Shown: in pieces, positions 1 to 9,436 of the stretch
Numbering within the stretch: the stretch's first letter is position 1
How the letters are laid out: each line of letters starts with the position of its first letter
IMG/VR virus record: IMGVR_UViG_3300021373_000005
Source: a virus
DNA length: 64,000 nucleotides
Reading direction: 5' to 3' (one strand)
Translations under genes and position numbers: made by a program
Notes under the pieces: model-generated
The model's input: the letters and a program-made list of their open reading frames with translations, nothing else
Database searches by the model: none
Told to the model about the DNA's origin: nothing

Positions 1-1134
1 TTCAAGTTCTACGTTGACGGAAGATTAAATTATCATATTATTATTGACCCTGAGGATGTAAAGAAAGGTGTTTTAGAATTAAGATATGTTGACCCTCGTA
101 AACTAAAATTGATACGAGAAGTAGACAAGAAGAGTAAAGATAAGCATTCAGGAATACCTGTTAAGAAAGTTAAAAATGAGTATTATATGTATTCTGAAAA
201 CGGGTTTCAGAATGCGGGTACAGGAGCCGGTGGTACTTCAAGTACAACAGGTGTAAAGATTGCGAAGGACTCTATAGCAAGAGTAACTTCAGGATTGATG
301 AATGAGAATAACAGTTTAGTATTATCTCATTTACATCCAGCAGGTAAAGCTTTAAATCAGCTGAGAATGTTGGAAGATGCTGTTGTAATATACACGTTAA
401 CAAGAGCACCAGAAAGAAGAATTTTTTATATTGATGTAGGTAACTTGCCAAAGAATAAGGCAGAGCAATATCTTAGAGATATGATGGCTCGACATAAGAA
501 CAAGTTACAGTACAATTCAGAATCAGGACAGATTACTGATTCTCGTAAGATGCTAACAATGACTGAGGACTTTTGGTTCCCTCGTCGTGGTGGAGAAAGG
601 TCAACTGAAGTTGATACCCTCGCAGGAGGTAATGCACCAGGATTGAGTGGTAACGAAAACTTAGAGTATTTTCAACGCAAATTATATAAAGCGTTGAAAG
701 TACCTTTATCGCGTTTAGAACCAGAGGCAATGGCAACCTTCGGTAGAACATCAGAGATTACTCGAGATGAACTGAAGTTTGGTAAATTTATTAGAAGAAT
801 TCGTGCACGTTTCTCATGGATATTCAATATGGTATTAGAGAAACAATTAATTCTAAAAGGAATTTTAACACCTGAGGAATTTAACGAAATCCGTAATGAC
901 ATACGTTATGATTTTGTTAAAGATAATTATTTTGAGGAATTAAAGGAAGCTGAGATTCTGAGAGAAAGATTGAATACTTTAAGGGATATATCCGATTACA
1001 CAGGAAAGTATTTCTCTCATCAGTGGATTACTCAAAACATTCTGCAAATGTCTGAAGAAGATGCACAGAAAATGGAAGATGAAATTGCAGATGAAAAGGC
1101 TCAAGGTGGACATGCAGAAGATGATGCATATTAA
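1..1134 (+). CDS. gp20: Portal protein (T4 gp20-like), 5'-truncated by window edge
   Basis: Frame 1 is open from base 1 (FKFYVDGRLNYHIIIDP...ELRYVDPRKLK); motifs LRMLEDAVVIYTLTRAPERRIFYIDVGNLPKNKAEQYL and EDFWFPRRGGERSTEVDTLAGG are typical gp20; lies upstream of gp21-23. Confidence 0.97.
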   Translation, partial: FKFYVDGRLNYHIIIDPEDVKKGVLELRYVDPRKLKLIREVDKKSKDKHSGIPVKKVKNEYYMYSENGFQNAGTGAGGTSSTTGVKIAKDSIARVTSGLMNENNSLVLSHLHPAGKALNQLRMLEDAVVIYTLTRAPERRIFYIDVGNLPKNKAEQYLRDMMARHKNKLQYNSESGQITDSRKMLTMTEDFWFPRRGGERSTEVDTLAGGNAPGLSGNENLEYFQRKLYKALKVPLSRLEPEAMATFGRTSEITRDELKFGKFIRRIRARFSWIFNMVLEKQLILKGILTPEEFNEIRNDIRYDFVKDNYFEELKEAEILRERLNTLRDISDYTGKYFSHQWITQNILQMSEEDAQKMEDEIADEKAQGGHAEDDAY

Positions 1135-1137
1135 TAA

Positions 1138-1145
1138 TATAAATA
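1138..1145 (+). promoter_or_regulatory. T4-type late promoter TATAAATA
   Basis: Exact TATAAATA between portal stop and ORF 1179. Confidence 0.8.
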
Positions 1146-1178
1146 AAAGTATAGTGTAAATAAAACTAGGGACTAAAT

Positions 1179-2312
1179 ATGAAAAATTTTAAAGATCTCG
1201 TCTCAGAAATTGCTCAACCAAAAGCACCTGAAGAAAGACGCTTTAAGGACCAACATACAATTGAGGTGATTAAACACCCTGTTGCTCCTGACCACGTTTT
1301 TACTGGTGAGATTCCTGGCATAGGCAATGGTAAGCGACCTGCTGACCAAGAAGGTGATACGAGTTACGACTTAGCTTATAAAACTAAAGTTGCTCAAACT
1401 TTGCCACAACGTGCAGGTGCAGGTAAGCAAGTTGCTGAACAAAAATCTATTACAGAAATTCTTGGAGTCAATAAAAAGAAAGACGAAAAGAAAGATGACG
1501 AAGAATCAATGGAAGAAGAATTAAAGGCTTCTTGTGGTTGCGACGAATCTTGTGAACACTGTGGTGGAGAACATAAGGTTGAAGAAATCGGTAAAGAATG
1601 TTCTTGCTGTGGTAATGAGATTAAAGGTATTGAGGAAGGTGGTTGTTCAGGTGATAAGCTAAATGCTGAAAAGAAACCTGTTAAAAAGGCAGAAACTAAA
1701 GAATCAGAAACAGATTCTGCTAAAACTATCGAACCTGAAGTACAAAAGAAAAAAGTTTTAAAAGGTGATGGTAAACCTAAAACAGGTCCAACATCAGTCA
1801 CCATTAAAGATAGTAATGGTAAAACATTATCAATGACATTTAAAGAAATGTTAGCAAAAGTATCAACAGAGGAAGAATTGCTTGAAAGTCCCCAACAAGA
1901 AATTCCTATGATGATGAAACAACTACATTTCATTTGTTATGCCACTGAAGAAATCCAAGAATATCTAAAAATGGAAGGACAAGATCCTGAAGAATGGTGG
2001 CAAAATAAATTAGCAGAAGTATTTTCTAATGTTAAATCATTGTATGCTTATAGTAAAGGTGACCAAATGGTTAACGGTAAACCTTTATCAGCAGCAAAGA
2101 TGTATACAGCAGCTTATGAATCAATCGAAGCTGGTGAGTTTCAATTACAAAATGAAACAGTAATTGAAGTATCAGAAGAAGATGCTAACATTTTAAATAA
2201 TATGTTTGATGAATTAAATGAAACTAATACAACCGAAATGTATAACGTTCTAATCGCTGACGAAGCAGGTTATAACGAAATCCTTACATTTGCGAAGGAG
2301 AATCTACAATGA
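1179..2312 (+). CDS. Prohead core-associated polyprotein (C-terminus gp68-like), with Cys-rich segment
   Basis: Occupies the gp67/gp68 slot between portal and protease; N-terminus MKNFKDLVSE resembles T4 capsid-targeting sequences; Glu-rich linkers; 8-Cys cluster. Confidence 0.6.
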   Translation: MKNFKDLVSEIAQPKAPEERRFKDQHTIEVIKHPVAPDHVFTGEIPGIGNGKRPADQEGDTSYDLAYKTKVAQTLPQRAGAGKQVAEQKSITEILGVNKKKDEKKDDEESMEEELKASCGCDESCEHCGGEHKVEEIGKECSCCGNEIKGIEEGGCSGDKLNAEKKPVKKAETKESETDSAKTIEPEVQKKKVLKGDGKPKTGPTSVTIKDSNGKTLSMTFKEMLAKVSTEEELLESPQQEIPMMMKQLHFICYATEEIQEYLKMEGQDPEEWWQNKLAEVFSNVKSLYAYSKGDQMVNGKPLSAAKMYTAAYESIEAGEFQLQNETVIEVSEEDANILNNMFDELNETNTTEMYNVLIADEAGYNEILTFAKENLQ

Positions 2313-2986
2313 ATTTAATTACAGAATATACAGAAGATTCAGTAGAGGTAATTACAGAAGCTAAAGAAGACGGCAAAAAGAATTACTTTATTGAAGGAAT
2401 TTTCATGCAAGGCGATATTAAAAATCGCAATGGAAGAATTTATCCAAGTGCAACTTTAGAAAGCGAAATGGATCGCTATAATAAAGAGTTTATTGAAACT
2501 AAACGTGCTCTTGGAGAACTAGGTCACCCTGATGGTCCACAAATCAACGGGGATCGCGTTTCACATCTAATTACTGACATGAGACGAGATGGCAACGATT
2601 TTTATGGTAAAGCTAAAATCTTATCAACACCGATGGGGGAAATCGTTAAAAGCCTATTAGACGAAGGAGTAAAGATTGGAGTTTCGACTCGAGGTCTTGG
2701 TTCGGTCAAGGCAGGTAGAAATGGAGTTATGGAAGTGCAGAAGGATTTCCACCTTTCTACTGTAGATATTGTTACTGACCCTTCAGCACCAAACGCGTTC
2801 GTAAATGGTATCATGGAGAACGTTGAATATTACTACGATATCGCTTCTGGGAATTGGAGAGCTACTGAAGTTATTCAGGATATCCAAGAAGAAGTTGAGA
2901 AAAAGGTTAACAGAGTAGTAAAAACTATTGACGAAGCAACGGCAACAAGAATGTTTGAAACATTTATCCGTACTTTGAGAAATTAA
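2309..2986 (+). CDS. gp21: Prohead protease (T4 gp21-like)
   Basis: YFIEGIFMQGDIKNRNGRIYP, ALGELGHP (catalytic His), GVSTRGLGS (catalytic Ser), DIVTDPSAPNAFV. Confidence 0.97.
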   Translation: MNLITEYTEDSVEVITEAKEDGKKNYFIEGIFMQGDIKNRNGRIYPSATLESEMDRYNKEFIETKRALGELGHPDGPQINGDRVSHLITDMRRDGNDFYGKAKILSTPMGEIVKSLLDEGVKIGVSTRGLGSVKAGRNGVMEVQKDFHLSTVDIVTDPSAPNAFVNGIMENVEYYYDIASGNWRATEVIQDIQEEVEKKVNRVVKTIDEATATRMFETFIRTLRN

Positions 2987-2991
2987 CTTTT

Positions 2992-2999
2992 TATAAATA
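2992..2999 (+). promoter_or_regulatory. T4-type late promoter TATAAATA
   Basis: Exact motif upstream of scaffold gene; AAGGAG SD before 3063. Confidence 0.8.
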
Positions 3000-3062
3000 A
3001 AAACAGTCAAGTTTATTATAAAGATATTTGTAAATTAAAAACAAATTTAAAGGAGAAAAATA

Positions 3063-4046
3063 ATGGCAAACGTAGAAGAAAAATTCGTTGCTGATGATGG
3101 AGTCTCAATGGTCCCTGATGCTGTAACACCTGAAGGTGGAGAAGGTAAAAAGGACAAGCTGAAGAAGACAACAACTGACGAGCCAAAAGGAGCAGCTGAC
3201 GGTAAGAAAGTAGTTCCTGGTCAAACAGATGCAGGCAAGCCTGTACCTACTGCTGAAGAAACTGAAGTTGACGCTGAAGTTGAAACAGTAGAGGAAGTAG
3301 TTGTAGAATCTTCAATTGAGTCAATCATTGAAGGCGAAGATTTATCCGAAGAATTCAAAGGCAAGATTAGTCTTGTATTTGAAGCCGCATTAAACGAAGA
3401 AGTAAATAAAAGAACTGAGACAATTCGTGAAGAATTAACTAAGTCTTTAGACGAAGCATTGGAAGAAGCAGTAACTGAGAAATTAGATACCATTTCTGAG
3501 AATGTTGATAAGTATTTAGATTACGTTGTATCTGAGTGGATGTCTGAGAATGAAATCGCAGTCGAATCTGGAATTAAGGTTGAGATGGCGGAATCATTAA
3601 TGTCAGGTCTTAAGAACTTATTCGTAGAACATAATGTTACTGTTTCTGAAGAATCAGTTGACGTTGTGTCTAACTTAGAAGGACAAGTTTCTGAATTGGA
3701 AGGAAAAGCAAATGACCTCGTAAATGAGAACATTGAATTACAGAAAGAAATTCAAACTTTCAAAGCAGAACAAAAATTTGACGAACTTGCAGAAGGTTTA
3801 TCTGAGAATCAGGTAGAGCGTTTGAAAGTATTGTCTGAAAAGCTTGATATTGAAGATTTAGAAGCTTATGCAGAAAATCTTCAAGTAATTAAGGAGTCTT
3901 TCTTCAGCGACAAACCTATTGTAGAAAATAAGGATGTTCAAGAAGAAAATGACGAAATTATTCTAGAAGAACAGGAAGTAACTAAACCAGCTTCTGATTA
4001 CACTTCTATTAATGCTTTAGTTGAAGCTTTCAACACTAAGAAGTAG
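3063..4046 (+). CDS. gp22: Prohead core scaffold protein (T4 gp22-like)
   Basis: Acidic coiled coil with LSEEFKGKISLVFEAAL, VDKYLDYVVSEWMSENEIAVESGIKVEMAESLMSGLKNLFVEH; sits between gp21 and gp23. Confidence 0.93.
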   Translation: MANVEEKFVADDGVSMVPDAVTPEGGEGKKDKLKKTTTDEPKGAADGKKVVPGQTDAGKPVPTAEETEVDAEVETVEEVVVESSIESIIEGEDLSEEFKGKISLVFEAALNEEVNKRTETIREELTKSLDEALEEAVTEKLDTISENVDKYLDYVVSEWMSENEIAVESGIKVEMAESLMSGLKNLFVEHNVTVSEESVDVVSNLEGQVSELEGKANDLVNENIELQKEIQTFKAEQKFDELAEGLSENQVERLKVLSEKLDIEDLEAYAENLQVIKESFFSDKPIVENKDVQEENDEIILEEQEVTKPASDYTSINALVEAFNTKK

Positions 4047-4101
4047 AATAATTGAATTTGGTTTTTTAAATTAAATTTAAATTAAATAAAGGAGATCCAA
4101 A

Positions 4102-5412
4102 ATGGATAACTATACAAGACTAGTGGAAAAGTGGGAGCCAATTTTAGCGCACGAATCTTTTTCACCAATTAGTGATTCTCATAGAAGAGCAGTTACAGCT
4201 ACTATTCTTGAGAACACAGAAAAAGCACTAGCAGAAACTGGTGACTTATCTGCTAACATGACTAGCTTGCTTTCTGAAGCACCTACTAATGACGTCGGTA
4301 CAACCGGTGGATTTACAGGTGGTTCTGCTGCTGCAGGTCCTGGTGCAGGTTATGACCCAATTCTTATCTCATTGGTAAGACGTGCTGTTCCTAATATGAT
4401 CGCATACGATATCTGTGGTGTTCAGCCTATGACTGGTCCTACAGGATTAATCTTCGCAATGCGCGCAAGATATGGTTCACAAGGTGGTGCAGAAGCAATG
4501 TACAACGAAGCTGATACAGACTTCGCTGGTACAGGTACTCACGCTAATACTTTACCTGGTGGTTCTGTAACTACTGGTACAGGTATGACAACTGCAGCTG
4601 CTGAAGCCTTAGGCGACGGTGGTGGCACAAACTATGCAGAAATGGCATTCTCTATCGAGAAAGTAACTGTTGCTGCTAAGACTCGTGCTTTAAAAGCAGA
4701 ATACACAACTGAGCTTGCTCAGGATCTTAAAGCTGTTCACGGCCTAGACGCAGAAACTGAATTAGCTAATATTCTTCAAACTGAAATCTTAACAGAAATC
4801 AACCGTGAAGTTATTAGAACAATTTATGACGTTGCTGTTGTTGGTGCTGCTGGCGCTGCTACTCCGGGTACATTCGACTTAGACGTTGATGCAAACGGAA
4901 GATGGTCTGTTGAGAAGTTCAAAGGTTTAATGTTCCAAATCGAGCAAGAAGCTAACGCAATTGCTAAAGGAACAAGAAGAGGAAAAGGTAACGTTGTTAT
5001 TTGTTCTTCTGACGTAGCCTCTGCTTTACAAATGGCTGGTGTGTTGGATTACACTCCTGCTCTAAACTCTAACTCTCTAGAAGTTGATGACACAGGTAAT
5101 ACTTTTGCTGGTGTTCTTAACGGTAGATTCAGAGTATACGTTGACCCATTCGCAGGTGCTAACTACTTAGTAGTTGGTTACAAGGGTTCATCTGCATTTG
5201 ATGCAGGTTTATTCTACTGCCCATACGTACCATTACAAATGGTTCGTGCGGTTGGTGAAAACAGCTTCCAACCAAAAATTGGATTTAAGACACGTTACGG
5301 AATGGTTTCAAACCCATTTGCTCAAGGTGACGTTTCTAGCCAAGGTCTTGGAGCACTTACTGCTGATCTTAACAAGTACTACAGAAAAGTTACAATCGCT
5401 AACTTATTCTAA
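4102..5412 (+). CDS. gp23: Major capsid protein (T4 gp23-like)
   Basis: YDPILISLVRRAVPNMIAYDICGVQPMTGPTGLIFAMR, KTRALKAEYTTELAQDLKAVHGLDAE, FQPKIGFKTRYG; LSE/A maturation site near aa 59. Confidence 0.99.
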   Translation: MDNYTRLVEKWEPILAHESFSPISDSHRRAVTATILENTEKALAETGDLSANMTSLLSEAPTNDVGTTGGFTGGSAAAGPGAGYDPILISLVRRAVPNMIAYDICGVQPMTGPTGLIFAMRARYGSQGGAEAMYNEADTDFAGTGTHANTLPGGSVTTGTGMTTAAAEALGDGGGTNYAEMAFSIEKVTVAAKTRALKAEYTTELAQDLKAVHGLDAETELANILQTEILTEINREVIRTIYDVAVVGAAGAATPGTFDLDVDANGRWSVEKFKGLMFQIEQEANAIAKGTRRGKGNVVICSSDVASALQMAGVLDYTPALNSNSLEVDDTGNTFAGVLNGRFRVYVDPFAGANYLVVGYKGSSAFDAGLFYCPYVPLQMVRAVGENSFQPKIGFKTRYGMVSNPFAQGDVSSQGLGALTADLNKYYRKVTIANLF

Positions 5413-5457
5413 GAACTCGTTATAATAAGAAGAGTTTAGGTCAAACTAAACCACTTG

Positions 5458-5487
5458 AGAGGAATCCTTCGGGGTTCCTCTTTTTTT
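5458..5487 (+). terminator. Intrinsic terminator with cUUCGg loop after gp23
   Basis: AGAGGAATCC-TTCG-GGGTTCCTCT followed by T-tract. Confidence 0.9.
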
Positions 5488-5803
5488 ATTCCCAAATAAA
5501 ATTAGTCCAAGGTTCATAACAACCAGAAACTCCAATTGCTGAATTGTCACAACCTCTTGCATCATCCCATAGTTCTAAGTTAACTTTATCAAACATCTCT
5601 TTTGTAAGTTTAACCATAGGAACATTTTCCATAAAGATTGCTGATTCGTAATCAATCGACATAGGCTTAACACTAATATGATTTTCTCCAAACTCCTTAA
5701 TCATACCTACGTATCTTTTACCATCTTTAATAAACTGACACTGTTCAAAAGTATCTCCGAAAGTATCATTACCAAGTTTAGTCCATTTTTCAAATAATTT
5801 CAT
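5486..5803 (-). CDS. Hypothetical protein
   Basis: 105-aa ORF, translationally coupled to ORF 5803-6102. Confidence 0.7.
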   Translation of the reverse strand: MKLFEKWTKLGNDTFGDTFEQCQFIKDGKRYVGMIKEFGENHISVKPMSIDYESAIFMENVPMVKLTKEMFDKVNLELWDDARGCDNSAIGVSGCYEPWTNFIWE

Positions 5804-6102
5804 TAAGCAACCTCTCTATAACCAGCAGCTTTACCATAAAAGCCAAGTTTTTCTAATTTTAAAACAATTTCGTTAAAAGCCGCACCTTCAGAATCTTGCG
5901 GATAGATACCAACTGTCATTGGGTCATCAATGAATAATTGACATTGTTCCCAAGTTGGGTTTTGATTGATATAATCGTTGACGATTTTCTTTCCTTTTTC
6001 AAAAAGATTCTCATCTTTTGTTCTAACCTCAAAATCAACGATTTCGTAACCGTCCATTGTTAATGATGGTTCCGGTTGGTTTCCTAATATTCTTATTTCC
6101 AT
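5803..6102 (-). CDS. Hypothetical protein
   Basis: 99-aa ORF with AGGAG SD, directly downstream of promoter 6132-6160. Confidence 0.75.
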   Translation of the reverse strand: MEIRILGNQPEPSLTMDGYEIVDFEVRTKDENLFEKGKKIVNDYINQNPTWEQCQLFIDDPMTVGIYPQDSEGAAFNEIVLKLEKLGFYGKAAGYREVA

Positions 6103-6131
6103 TTAAACTCCTTTTTCCTTAATATACAATT

Positions 6132-6160
6132 ATTATACTCTATCTCACAACGAATGTCAA
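6132..6160 (-). promoter_or_regulatory. Sigma70-like early promoter
   Basis: TTGACA-17 nt-TATAAT on minus strand. Confidence 0.85.
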
Positions 6161-6183
6161 TAGTTTTATGAGAAAAAAGTGAA

Positions 6184-6402
6184 TTATTTTTTAGAGAAAT
6201 AGGAACGAATTAAAAAGATACGTGTATATGCTACAATAGTCATTACAGCAGTGACCAGAGTGCCCAGTATGACAGGGTCGGTTATACCAAACCGTTCTAT
6301 ATAGATATAGAGCAAAAAGAGGTTTAGGGGGTAATTTATGGCTAGGCCAGTTGCGATTTGAAATGAAGTTTCTTTGTGAATCTTTTTTGTCTCTGGTTTC
6401 AT
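6184..6402 (-). CDS. Small two-helix membrane protein
   Basis: 72 aa with two hydrophobic segments; preceded by two further 42-44 aa hydrophobic micro-ORFs read manually between ~6399 and 6658. Confidence 0.65.
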   Translation of the reverse strand: MKPETKKIHKETSFQIATGLAINYPLNLFLLYIYIERFGITDPVILGTLVTAVMTIVAYTRIFLIRSYFSKK

Positions 6403-6671
6403 AAGTATTTACCTACAAGATATCCTGCTAGGAATACAAACCAATCAAATATGAAATGCATTACAAAAGATAAAGCAAATATTTCTTTCCAATGTTTTTT
6501 ACATATATTTAAATATTCTGCTAACCGTTTCATACCATTGCTGTCCACAATAAATTCAAGCAACCTTTAGTAAAAGCTCCTTCATACCAAAGTATTAACA
6601 TTGCTAATATTGTAATTGCTGTAAAGCACCAAACGATTTCTCTTATTAATTGTATCATCTCTTTCATAATC

Positions 6672-6746
6672 TGGTAGCCCGTAGGAGAATCGAACTCCTG
6701 TTGCATGGATGAAAACCATGTGTCCTAACCACTAGACGAACGGGCC
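6672..6746 (-). tRNA. trnE: tRNA-Glu (TTC)
   Basis: GGCCCGT acceptor stem, anticodon arm CATGG-TT-TTC-AT-CCATG, GTTCGATT T-loop, encoded CCA. Confidence 0.97.
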
Positions 6747-6749
6747 GAA

Positions 6750-7412
6750 TAAAAAAACGGCGGACCTTCCATATACGCCTATCAAAGGTATGTTAAGATC
6801 CGCCTAGGTATTGAACTTCAGTGTCACAATCGTCATTTGGTCTTACTGCCTTTCTAAAGGACCTGATGACTAGTCAGGGGTTTCAAACTACCTTGGTGAT
6901 TAGAATACTTTGTTAACGTAATTCGTTAAATAGTGTAGAATTGTTAATCGTAGTATTCTAATCTAAAAAACTTAAAATTCGTAGGTACGTCTCTCGGACT
7001 TATCTGTTACTTGTTAACTCCAGTCTCGGAGGTAGCAAACTACCTCTATACCTAAAGGAGAAAGATCCTAGACTGCCGTCTTGTGTCGGTTTGGGTGCAA
7101 ACCTAAACCCTATCTCTTTCACAGTGCGCGGCTCGCAGCCGACTTCAGTATCGAGCGTTTCTTCATACACGGAGACGCTTTAATACCCACTCTATTGATT
7201 TCGTTCTGACCCGTATAATTACATGCATTCCTACATCGGCCTTCTCATTACTCTGTGAATATATCTGTTACGATGGGATATATTCAACAGCTTCAGCTGC
7301 CGGTCGGGTTGTCCACCTATATATTAGAGCCTTCCGATTGATAAGATCTTCTACTCGACTCAGGTTCTCTACTCACCGATTGTCTCTGTCGGTGGGGTGT
7401 TTCCCTCAATAT
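6750..7412 (-). ncRNA. Candidate large structured non-coding RNA (ROOL/GOLLD-like)
   Basis: ~660 nt without a credible ORF, bounded by promoter 7419-7447 and a hairpin plus U7 tract at 6751-6805; at least 8 hairpins; adjacent to a tRNA; family assignment is from recalled resemblance only. Confidence 0.65.
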
Positions 7413-7418
7413 GATACT

Positions 7419-7447
7419 ATTATACTATAGTTTCATTATGATGTCAA
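7419..7447 (-). promoter_or_regulatory. Sigma70-like early promoter driving the candidate ncRNA
   Basis: TTGACA-17-TATAAT; no ORF downstream for ~750 nt. Confidence 0.85.
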
Positions 7448-7466
7448 TAGTTTTTGTGAAAAAAGT

Positions 7467-7658
7467 TTAATTATTTGATAATATGAAATCTGCTACGTCA
7501 GAATCCTCGGTAGCTTCAACAATACAAGGAATTCCTCTTGCATCCATTTTATCAACAAAATCTCTTGCATGCTTATATCTCATCTCACCTTGGTCAATTT
7601 TTTCCATTGTGGATGGATTAATAATAGAGACATTAAATAATGTAAAATCGGTAATCAT
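7467..7658 (-). CDS. Hypothetical protein
   Basis: 63-aa ORF overlapping the upstream stop by 4 nt. Confidence 0.6.
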   Translation of the reverse strand: MITDFTLFNVSIINPSTMEKIDQGEMRYKHARDFVDKMDARGIPCIVEATEDSDVADFILSNN

Positions 7659-7843
7659 ACTTCAGCAATACTCGACTTATGAATTACAGTTGATTCCAAC
7701 CTACCATACTTATCGTATGTATATACAGTTTGTTGCTGATGATCTCCATGCACTTGAGTTGTTACTTTTACAACTCGCGTATCATATTCGACTTTGTTGA
7801 AATAATTGGTTGGCCACATTGGGCTGATAGGAGTAATTTCCAT
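7655..7843 (-). CDS. Hypothetical protein
   Basis: 62-aa ORF in a tightly packed run. Confidence 0.6.
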   Translation of the reverse strand: MEITPISPMWPTNYFNKVEYDTRVVKVTTQVHGDHQQQTVYTYDKYGRLESTVIHKSSIAEV

Positions 7844-8068
7844 TTAATCATTTTCCTTTTGCTCGTCGTACCATTTAACTAATTCTTGGTCATCTCCCAA
7901 TCCTTGAGTTCTAAGATAACCCATTTCAATTAGTGTATCAATTGTTTCTTGAGTGATTCTTTTTGAATGCTTAAATGAAGGAGGTTCATTTCTTGCCATA
8001 AACCATCCTACACAAGTAAATATTAAAGCAGTTAACCAATAAGTCCAATTATCCATACTAATCTCCAT
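7844..8068 (-). CDS. Hypothetical membrane-anchored protein
   Basis: N-terminal hydrophobic helix WTYWLTALIFTCVGWFM. Confidence 0.65.
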   Translation of the reverse strand: MEISMDNWTYWLTALIFTCVGWFMARNEPPSFKHSKRITQETIDTLIEMGYLRTQGLGDDQELVKWYDEQKEND

Positions 8069-8300
8069 GTCTTGCTAAGACTGCATCGATAATTCTTTCT
8101 TGTATTGATTGCGTGTCATCATCTAAATTAGATGGGTTAGTAATTGCACTATCATCTTCAGTAATAATAAAATCATTTTTAATAGCCATTTTATATATTT
8201 GGTTTTCTGTCATAGTTTCCAAACAAGCTATTAAAAGATCATTTTTATTAATGAAGCCTTTGTTCGCATCGTACATTAATTGCTCTGCTATTTGTTCCAT
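8058..8300 (-). CDS. Hypothetical protein
   Basis: 80-aa ORF with AGGAGA SD. Confidence 0.65.
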   Translation of the reverse strand: MEQIAEQLMYDANKGFINKNDLLIACLETMTENQIYKMAIKNDFIITEDDSAITNPSNLDDDTQSIQERIIDAVLARHGD

Positions 8301-8333
8301 AAGAACTCTCCTTTCTATATTGCTAATTATAAT

Positions 8334-8897
8334 TTAAGCAACTTCAGTCGCATTCCACCATTCAGGTATATCACGTTTTGACCATGTCATACTAAAACGA
8401 TTTTGCTTTGTATGATAAAACGCACGGTATGATTCTACCGCATTTTCAGATATGCACTCTGGGTTTGATGCCATCGCAAGTCTGAATGGTGTTCTTTTAT
8501 TTGACCTCTTTATATTTTCAGGAGGTGCCTTTAAGGCGTTTCTTAATTTGTTGTCGGTTGCATGTATCTTTCCATACCTATGTGTATATTCATCACACAA
8601 TGCAACAAAATGTTTATAGTGCCAATTATAGTTGGCGGTATTTTCTCTTGTCCAAATAGTACACGGATGATTGAAATGACATGCTTTATACAGTGTCCTT
8701 TCTCTTTCTTTATCTTCAAGATAAAAATATTGTAGCATAGAACCACTTCTTGAAGGTCTACGTTCCATTATACCGTCTAACATACGATGAGTTGTTGAAA
8801 GCATCTGTGCAGATTCAATAACCATCTTAACAACATGTTTATCACATTGCTGTTGTGCAGCTAATATCGGATCTTCATCTAAAATAAATAAATTCAT
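8334..8897 (-). CDS. Pyrimidine-dimer DNA glycosylase / DenV-related family protein
   Basis: MNLFILDEDP...CDKHVVKMVIESAQMLST, LYKACHFNHPCTIW, EYTHRYGKIH; start moved to ATG 8897 because the longer ORF-track start lies inside the promoter. Confidence 0.7.
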   Translation of the reverse strand: MNLFILDEDPILAAQQQCDKHVVKMVIESAQMLSTTHRMLDGIMERRPSRSGSMLQYFYLEDKERERTLYKACHFNHPCTIWTRENTANYNWHYKHFVALCDEYTHRYGKIHATDNKLRNALKAPPENIKRSNKRTPFRLAMASNPECISENAVESYRAFYHTKQNRFSMTWSKRDIPEWWNATEVA

Positions 8898-8904
8898 AGT
8901 GTCT

Positions 8905-8933
8905 ATTATATCAAAAGTTAAACTAAATGTCAA
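8905..8933 (-). promoter_or_regulatory. Sigma70-like early promoter (leaderless transcript likely)
   Basis: TTGACA-17-TATAAT, with ATG 7 nt after the -10 hexamer. Confidence 0.8.
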
Positions 8934-9210
8934 TAGTAAAAAAGCCTATTTCTTCAACACGGGCTTTTATGTATTCAGAAGCTTGTTCTAAACCTTTAAT
9001 CAGCGATGCTATATCTTCTTTATGATACTCTGCAAATTTATCTACTCCAGGTAATTTATAGCTTTCTAAATCACGGTCAATTAATTCTTTCCAAGTATGT
9101 ACTTCTTCCCATTCAGGCTCGCAATGGTCTTCAACATATATAGATTTTAAAATACCTTCCGGCCGAATCCAAGTACTATAATCAATCTCAAGCTCAACCT
9201 TCATATTCAA
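8923..9210 (-). CDS. Hypothetical protein
   Basis: 95-aa ORF, overlapping coupling with neighbours. Confidence 0.6.
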   Translation of the reverse strand: MNMKVELEIDYSTWIRPEGILKSIYVEDHCEPEWEEVHTWKELIDRDLESYKLPGVDKFAEYHKEDIASLIKGLEQASEYIKARVEEIGFFTIDI

Positions 9211-9412
9211 TTCCTAAGTGTTCACCTTTACTAAAATGATAGCCCATTGATATCATAAATTTTTCTAATACTTCAATCATATCATCTTTGCCCAAATCTT
9301 TTTCCATTATGTCAATGGTGATTCGCGTATTAATTGAACTTTTATCTTCGTATGGATGGCATATCAATTGAATATACGGTTTCTCTTCAGCAGGTTTATG
9401 ATTCCACGTCAT
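9194..9412 (-). CDS. Hypothetical protein
   Basis: 72-aa ORF with GAGG SD, downstream of tRNA-Leu. Confidence 0.6.
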   Translation of the reverse strand: MTWNHKPAEEKPYIQLICHPYEDKSSINTRITIDIMEKDLGKDDMIEVLEKFMISMGYHFSKGEHLGIEYEG

Positions 9413-9436
9413 TTACCTTTCCTCTTGTTATTAATT

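Noticed and set aside
6750-7412. tmRNA, RNase P RNA or group I/II intron as identity of the large ORF-free region
   Set aside because: No GGGGC...CCA tRNA-like ends or tag ORF, no GAGGAAAGUCC-type RNase P core, and it does not interrupt a gene
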